Positions 63,870 through 64,000 of a stretch of 64,000 nucleotides of DNA are shown here, one piece after another; the first letter of the stretch is position 1; each line of letters opens with the position of its first letter. Source of the stretch: Cercozoa sp. M6MM. Its lineage: Eukaryota; Protista; Endomyxa: Ascetosporea. The stretch lies in the NCBI GenBank assembly GCA_040357565.1, contig JBDODJ010000002.1; one strand, written 5' to 3'. The position numbers and the translations under genes were made by a program. The notes below the pieces were generated by a model that did not search any database, had not been told where the DNA came from, and saw only the letters and a list, made by a program, of their open reading frames with translations.

Positions 63870-64000
63870 TGTCTAAAGTTAGTCGTTGTTCGACACACAG
63901 CACTGCACTGTACAATTAGTAGTACAAGCACTTGGTTGCTCCATGAAGCGCAATCGCATTAAAAAAATACGATCAAGCAGGATCGACGCAGGTCAACTGA

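Overview
Eukaryotic nuclear DNA from a compact, extremely intron-rich protist using the standard genetic code. It is flagellated (IFT140, katanin), probably amoeboid (CARMIL), and has a translating mitochondrion (uS8m, bL32m). The supplied ORF track is mostly uninformative because nearly every gene is split by many ~50-75 nt GT-AG introns, so I reconstructed gene models by hand and some termini are approximate. About 21 genes are present: CARMIL-like, RPS15A, a 4-TM receptor-RGS, a 3xRRM protein, a Cys-rich GPI-like surface protein, an acyl-CoA ligase, FYVE-TBC, eIF2B-beta, a second RGS protein, a divergent homeodomain protein, two hypothetical membrane proteins, a GT92-like protein, an EEP-HhH protein, mitochondrial S8, PTEN, IFT140, PI4K-beta, katanin p60, PUB-PP2C, mitochondrial L32 and a DUF1963/YwqG-domain protein. 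The most striking accessory signal lies at 27.8-36.4 kb. An EEP (DNase I/ExoIII-fold) gene has its normally C-terminal catalytic SDH strand at the extreme N-terminus (circular permutation) and is fused to a ComEA-like helix-hairpin-helix. It occurs as one intact copy and one truncated paralogue with conserved upstream elements. Next to it is a ~470-bp TG...CA element whose second copy (57.5 kb) has its core inverted. A 168-bp MITE with TIRs and a target-site duplication lies at 48.5 kb. Introns show very degenerate splice signals and regional simple-repeat 'dialects'. Two 100-N assembly gaps are present.
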